This document shows, piece by piece, positions 36,761 to 43,566 of a DNA stretch of 43,566 bases. The notes under the pieces are model-generated. The model searched no databases. It saw nothing but the letters and a program-made list of their open reading frames with translations, and was not told where the DNA came from. The stretch covers positions 1 to 43,566 of the forward strand of contig LVLI01000953.1 in assembly GCA_001687465.1 (NCBI GenBank), given 5' to 3'. The stretch is from Halocafeteria seosinensis (lineage: Eukaryota). The position numbers and the translations under genes are program-made. Every line of letters begins with the position of its first letter. Within the stretch, counting starts at the first letter, position 1.

Positions 36761-38041
36761 AACGGTAATGTTGAGTAGACGAGCAAAGGCTGAGTACTAC
36801 AGTACAACCACTTATCACTTCATTCGGTCACCTCAGGCACACTTCACTACCACCTGGTCTCCAGCCATCGTTCACAGATGTATGCTTCTGCAGAAAGCAT
36901 ATTAGTCACATTATTACTTCAAAATACTTCATTCGGTCCACATACATGGTATTTGCATGCTTAAGGACGCATTTATGCTCCATGTCCGAGCACATGTGCC
37001 CCAGCGGCTCGGCAAGCCCCCTCTGCTTTACGGGTAAACTCGACATGTATAAGAGCAATTTCAACCAAAGCAGAACGTACAAACTCTATAGATGCTTAAG
37101 CACGAAAGAAGGTCTTTCATATTCAGTCAACGATGAATCTGAGCGCCCTCAGTTTACGACAAAATGATACGGTGTACGAGTTTCCGACCGCCAGGCCGGA
37201 CCCTTTCTCAGCGTGCCGTGGACCCAGAGGTGGTCTTCCTCGAAACACATCATCCTGCATCGTTCTTCTTGTCACTTCTTTTTCCGCTGTTTTGGTGTGA
37301 TCAGTCTGTGGAAATGAGCAACTAGTGGTTGTCGACACGGTCGGAAGAAGTCGTTGAACTTAGGGGGTCCCCACCCCGGAAGGAAAACTTGCGGAGTTGC
37401 ATGCCCCTTCAACGGGTTGAAGTCGTTTAGACCACTTACTAAAGTGGCACTTCGTATAAAGCATTTGTCAAGTCTGGTTCTTAAGTGTACAAACACAGAA
37501 CGTCTCGTCGAAGTCGGTTAGTGACGCGTACTTAACACGCGTGAATAGTCTGAAATCTGCCAATTCCGTGGAAAAAGAACAATTGCTCAGGCTTTCTTGA
37601 ACAGCGACCTTTCGCAAAGTGCGAATGCAGAACCACGCTCTCCTGTACCCTGGCTTAATTGCGAAGCAAGCAAGGCGTCCATTCATCGTGAATTCGTGGT
37701 TTCCGAGAGCCGACCAACTAGGTAAGTGTTGCGTTGAGCTTCATTCTCTGCTGTCCCCTGAGTGCCCCCCAATTGAAGTCCCTGTTGCTCCTCGGTGGCA
37801 ACTCCGTTCACCCCGAACATCCGACCGAGGGGGTGTCAAACCTTCTCGGGAGAGCTTCCCTGCAAGGGCGGTCCCTTTGGGAAAATGACTCACACGATGA
37901 GCATTGTGGAAACACCTGGTGAGATGATAAGACTTCAACATACACTATTCAGACTTACACTAATCATTTTCGGGGCAAGAAAGCCGGAAGAGCACAGATA
38001 GTTAATTAGATTGGTATGCGATGAATTGTAGGTGGTTGCAG

Positions 38042-38909
38042 ATGGCGTACCCATCAAAAATAAAGCTGTCAAGCGCGGTCGGCCTCCTAACAATATCTGC
38101 GTACTTGGTGAAGACTGTCGCAGCCGGGTGCAGCTGGTACCATTCCTATTGGCACCCTTGTAATCCCGGCGAGTATATTCACTCGGGATGCTCTTCGTGT
38201 AACGAAGAATGTTGTGACTGCCCCGTAAGTGGGACAACACTAGGGAACTCAAATTGTCTTACCTTCTAATCATCCAGGCGGTTTCGTTTGTATCGACAGT
38301 CGGGGCAGTTTACCGATAGCCAAAACGAAAATTCTTGTAAGAACTGCCCTAGAGGCGAGTACGCGTCAGGTGTTAGCAATGATCACTGTGATAACTGTCC
38401 GAGTGGTAAACATCAATCATCATGGGGTCAATCCCACTGTGACTGGTGCCCCCACGGACAGATCTCTGGATGGGGAGACATCTGGTGCTCGAATTGTCCT
38501 GCTGGGAAGTACGAAACTAACAGCCGCAAGAGCTGCAGCTGGTGTCCAGGTGCGTATGCATTATTATCCCGACTATTTGGGTGTTCTTACGAAGGAACGT
38601 CTGCTCGCAGATGGGGAAACCAGCAATGATGGATGGAGCGGCTGCAGCGACTGCCCTGCTGGCAAATATGAACACGGCAAGAAGTCTTGCCGAAAATGCG
38701 CAGCAGGAAGTGTGACTAGTGCTAAGCCAACACAATCACCAGATTGTGTGCCCAGTGGTACCCCTCCAAGTCCCCCCGTTTCATCAGTCAGAGCAACAAG
38801 CACGCCATTCAATACAAGTAATGCAGTCGAAACGCTACCGTCTTCGTCTCCGACAGCTTCGAGAGGACGGAAGCAACTTCCTGCGCAAAGACCTCGGAGA
38901 TATACATAG
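38042..38909 (+). CDS. Possible chimeric secreted protein (243 aa): cadherin signal peptide and Cys-rich repeats fused to a new S/T/P-rich tail
   Basis: Both introns are conserved (38225-38299, 38550-38610). The frame continues from 38710 into unrelated sequence (SVTSAKPTQSPDC...) to TAG at 38907-38909. Expression unknown. Confidence 0.4.
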
Positions 38910-39444
38910 AGACAGCGTTGTTATTCGATGAACAGACGCATATTGTTGTCTCCTGTATTTAGTGGTACACCTGTACACTTCCTTCAGGTGTCTTGTAGAG
39001 CATCGGAGCATAAGGAACCGGTAGTGTGGGTATGACGGGATTTAGAGAACTTGTGGAGCTAAGCCTAAGTGGTTGTGGCCAATTTCCTGGCCGGTGGGCT
39101 ATATGTCAAACAACAAATGAAATGGGCAGTGTTAAGGGGATACACATCAATTAATTAAATTCACTGGTTCCTTCATTAAATGTCCTGCAGCAAATATTCC
39201 CCACGTCATCTGAGTGAACTACAAAAGTACAACCGGTCCAGTGCGTCGGCGGGTTCCTTTCCCCGGGTTGGTCCGGAAGGGATTTTTGGGAGGAGAGGTA
39301 GTTTTTAAGCGCTAATTGATACGAACGTCGGCGTTTCATGCTCTAAACGATGTTCTGTTTTTAATGGAATGTATGTAAAAACTGCTGAATGGGAGGATGG
39401 GAAATTTTCTGCCACGATGTTGTGTATCTACCCGAGGCAAGTGC

Positions 39445-42400
39445 AGGTACCACGGCTCCGAATCAGGGTTGACGTCTCCGGAGTGTACAAGCCTTTGCGA
39501 TAACGGCTTCTTTTGCCCCGAGAGCAGCACATCAGCCAGAGAAGAGCCATGCTCGGATGATAACCCAGAAAAATATTGTGTGGAAGGATTCCGAAACCAC
39601 CGTTCGTCAGATAGTTATACGACCCCGGAATCCCCGGACTACTCGCGGCGGAGCGGTTGCGAAGAGTGTCCTGTTGACTACGCATGCCACGGTGGCCTTA
39701 GGGTGAAGAAGCTGGCTTGGGAAGATCTCCACTGTGGGACCGACCCGAGGTTCGTGTTTGCACCCGAAATTTCGAAAAAGAAAGAAGATGATGTAGACAT
39801 AGGCAAGCCGCTGCTTCTTGAATCAAGGCAAGAGTATCACTCCATCACCTACGAAATCGTATCGGTTCAAGAAAGTGGACGAAGGGGCGATGGACGGTTG
39901 TGCGAAGACGACATTACTTCTCTGTCACCATTTCGTATAGACAGCTACCTCGATGAAGCAACAATCTACCAGCCGAAGGATGACTCGGAGGCTATTGTCC
40001 AAACTAAAGGACAACTCAAAACTGGTAAAGGAGAGACCCTGGAGTTCGCTACATGTGATAAGTATATGATTGAAGTCAAAGGAGTTTTTGATCAGGATGA
40101 GGAAGTCCGCTTAGAAGAGACTTGCAGTGTTTCTGTTGGCGTTGAATTTGTTAACTCTGCTCCAAGGCGGGTGGAGGGAGGGGATAGCAAGTTGCAAGTC
40201 ACTGCCGCCGGGGACAGCCGTTCAATGAGAGTGTCGGTGAGCCCTTACTGCAGTATTTTGAAGACCCTGATGGAGATGAAATTGCATTTCGTATCGAGTC
40301 AGAAAGTGGCTGGCGCAGACGGAACCTTGAACGCGAAGATCATTTGTTTTTCATCGACAGTTGCTCCGGCCAAATCCGAGTCGGTGAACCTCTCGCATTG
40401 CAGCAGATAGATGAATTGGCTACTATTACGTTGACTATAGTAGTGAGCGACAACCGCCCTCAAGATACAGGAGAGGCCACGGATGAAGTGTATGTGACTG
40501 TGCAAGAGCGAAATCGACCTCCGCGAATACAAGAACCTCTCCCGGTATTGCATGTGGTAGAAGGGGCTAGTAAGGGAACTCCAGTCGGAACGAAAGACGA
40601 CTCCGATCGCAGCGAGTTGAAGACTATCGTGCAGGATGAGTTTGTGACAGATCCTGACTCTGACGAAACTACTGTTTCAAAAGGCAGTTGTTCCCTCGAT
40701 ACCGCCTGCGAAGTCTTCACTGTGTCCAAAGATGGGAAGGTCACAGTAAAGGATCCCACGTATCTGGATCACGACAAAGCAGGAACGCTTCCAAACTTCT
40801 TGCCCGTGGTTTATAGTGATGGTGTGTCGGGGAGTACTTCAGCTGCCTTGGAGATATATGTGGAAGAGCTACGAGAAGCTCCTGTCATAACTACAACCGC
40901 CTTCGAAGTAAAGGAACAAACCACCGGGGTAATCGGTCGGCTGTCAGGCGAAGACAATCATGGGGACGAGTTCGAGTATTTCTTAGTAGATGCCATTAAT
41001 AACCGTGGGGCTGATGAGTCTCGCATCTCCTTGAACAAGAATCAGATCGTTGTTGACAGTGGTGGGTTCAATACGGTGCGATGCACAAGCGCAGGCTGCA
41101 AAAATTGTAAACCGTACGACGAGTGGATAAAATTGACAGTGCAAGCGAAAGTGACGAACAATGATGATTCGATGCCAGGTCCTACTATGTCAGAAAAGAC
41201 AGAAGTACAAATCGATGTTCAGTCGATTTCGAAGGCTCCGAGATTTATTGAACCATCTAGAAACGTAACTATGCAGGAAGAAACTTCCAATGAAAAAATT
41301 GACCTATCCCCCTTATTTTGCGACATCGATGGAGGCTTAATCCTCTACGAACTAAGTCGTGTCGAGGGACCGACAGGTCAAGCTCCATCTGCGACACAAT
41401 TCTCCATGGATGAACGGTCAGGACTTCTTTCTCTCAATGAGCCCTTGGACTATGAGAATGCAAATAAGTATATCTTCAGGATGAAGGCAATTAATGCGGG
41501 TGCACCGCATAAATTTGCCAACGTTTCATTCAGTTTGTTCGTTGTTGATGTTCCTGAGGCTCCGAGGATTCTCACAGAGTCAGTAGAGATCAACGAAGGA
41601 ACTGATCATACGACGGGCACGCTTGCTCGGATAGAAGTAGAAGACAGGGACGTATACGCCGGAACTGAGCGTCCATATGCGTCTACCCCGTCTACCTTTA
41701 AGTTTGAGCAGGTATCGCAACTGGACACCCTTCATGTCAGCCAGAGTACTGGCGAACTCAGTGTTCATGCTGGCCATGTTATTGACTATGAACCTCTGTA
41801 CCCGGTTCCGGTTCTGGACCTGCAACTAAAGGTGAAAGACACGCGAAACAATGTAACGTCTGTGGTCACCAGTGTGGTACTAGATGTCCAAGATGTTGCG
41901 GAGGCTCCCTTCTTTTCCCCACCGGAACAAAACTTTACTATGGATGTCGTTCGGCAGGGGGAAATCCTTGGGACCGTTGATGCTTCTGATTATGATATTG
42001 ACGACTCTATTACGTATCGGCTTATAGACAGTCCCCCCTTCGTGCAGATAAAAGAGACTAGCGGACTCCTGCTACCGATTCCAGAACTAGGCAACAGCTC
42101 CAGTGGTGGTTCAATCGACTTTGGTGTTGAGGTAGGTGACACTTTGCAACTAACCGTGGAGATCCGTGATACTTATGGTCTAACGTCTGTTGGCACCCAC
42201 ACTATACGCGTGGTAGAAAATCAAGCTCCCCCGCGTTGGATAGGGCCTTTCTATGAGCACTTCAGTGAAAACCGGGTATATCAACTCAATGTACCGGAAC
42301 GTCATAACGGAGTCGTCAATAATTTCAGACTAAGATGCGAAGATCCGAATGGAGGAAACGTTCAGTTTAGTGTCCAAACGACGAGTCCTCGTGAATTTTC

Positions 42401-43566
42401 CTCCTTACTCCGCCTCTTGCCTAGCACTGGTCAACTGGAAGTGTCTGATCCAGATGCACTCGATCTGTACAAATTGGAGCATCACCATGGCATTCTGAAC
42501 GTGATTTGCTCCGATAGCACGAACAAACAGTCTCCAGTCGGCAAACTTAATGTGTCAATAAGCGATACACCACAAGCACCTAACTTTCGTGATGCCCCCT
42601 TGGACCCTGTACTAGCGATTCAGGAGGACGCCAACGAGGGTATACCAGTGGCCACAGTCAAGGCATTTGATCCTGACGAACACAGCGCATACCGCCTGGC
42701 GTTCAACGTGGCCTTTGAAGACGGTCCAAGCGACCAACCTGCTCCTTTGACTGCTACCGACCCTGTGTTTGAAACCGACGGGCATGTTGCGTTCGCTAAC
42801 CTGACACTTGCAGTGTCACTCAATTACAACAGGCAACATTTCTATCGTTTGAATGTTTCCGTTAATGACCAGACTGGATTGATTGATAGTATGATCTATG
42901 AACTGCACGTCGAGTTCGTGAATACTGCGCCCTCATTCGACCAAGACGTGTATGTAGTAAGTGTTAGGGAAGACGTCGAGGAGAGTGTCCCTATTAAGTC
43001 AGCCTTCACGTTTTCGGACCGAACGCCTTTTGATCGCCAAGTCGAGTACAGTTATGAGGTTTTGTGGAGTGACGAGCCAGGACTGTTTACGTTCGTCGGT
43101 CACGATTTCGCACTAGCCCCAGAACGAAGCATGAATTATGAGGTGCAACCCATTCATTACGCACGGGTTCAAATTATTGACGAGGGAGGCTTAACCGACG
43201 AAGCCAACATCACCGTGCATCTCACCGATGTTAATGACATAAGTGTAGAGGAATTCCGGAGTCCTTCTTTAGCGACACGTGGTGGCAACAAAGTACACTT
43301 CATTGGAAGGGAAATGGGGCCAATATGGCGTGAAGCTCAAGTCCGAGCTGAGCTTCAAAGTAGCGATGGACTCTTCTATGCAAATGCGGATTGTCAAAGA
43401 CGGCAAAATGGCTCCCAATGGATCAACACGGAAGTCGAATGCCAAGCTCCGGAGGGCATCGGTAAACGCTTGCGTTGGACGCTTCATATCGATGCGCATA
43501 CTTACTCTACGCTTAAGCTCAGTTCATCGTACGCGAAGCCGCAGTTAAACGAATTATCTTCATGGC
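39445..43566 (+). pseudogene. Disrupted duplicate of the giant cadherin gene (remainder, truncated by window end)
   Basis: Detached from its 5' exons by the 38710-39444 replacement. One-base deletion at about 40205 (actgccgcc vs actgcccgcc at 23931). I saw no further stop in the original frame up to the window end. Confidence 0.8.

Larger units (their letters stand above)
37402..43566 (+). repeat. Copy 2 of the segmental duplication (runs off the window end)
   Basis: 37402-38709 aligns to 21269-22593 and 39445-43566 aligns to 23175-27297. Confidence 0.95.

Noticed and set aside
34850..37010. Terminal inverted repeats and TSD for the MULE (GGGCAGCTGT.. versus ..ACATGTGCCC)
   Set aside because: The match is short and weak, with no target-site duplication.
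38710..39446. Replacement segment as a GT..AG intron that would rescue copy 2
   Set aside because: Splicing at GT 38710 or 38712 to AG 39446 shifts the frame, and it is about ten times the local intron size.

Overview
Gene-dense eukaryotic DNA, probably from a stramenopile-like protist (inferred from short 56-84 nt GT-AG introns and a 9-TM cadherin). The main observation is a pair of tandem, same-strand membrane class III nucleotidyl cyclase paralogs (probable guanylyl cyclases). The second carries a balanced 2,232-bp internal inversion (8571-10802) bounded by GC dinucleotides and fold-back stems. Flipping it back restores a complete 1,112-aa gene with all four introns intact. The window also holds a Tom7-like gene, three uncharacterised genes (one with LRRs), and a ~3,880-aa nonagonal-type cadherin (Cys-rich, cadherin, IPT/TIG, 9 TM). 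A recent tandem duplicate of that cadherin has a 735-bp replacement, one frameshift and a cadherin-repeat-sized hyperdivergent tract. Between the two copies lie a decayed GLUG-like repeat gene and a decayed MULE transposase with its own internal inversion. All gene models were read by eye; no database searches were run.
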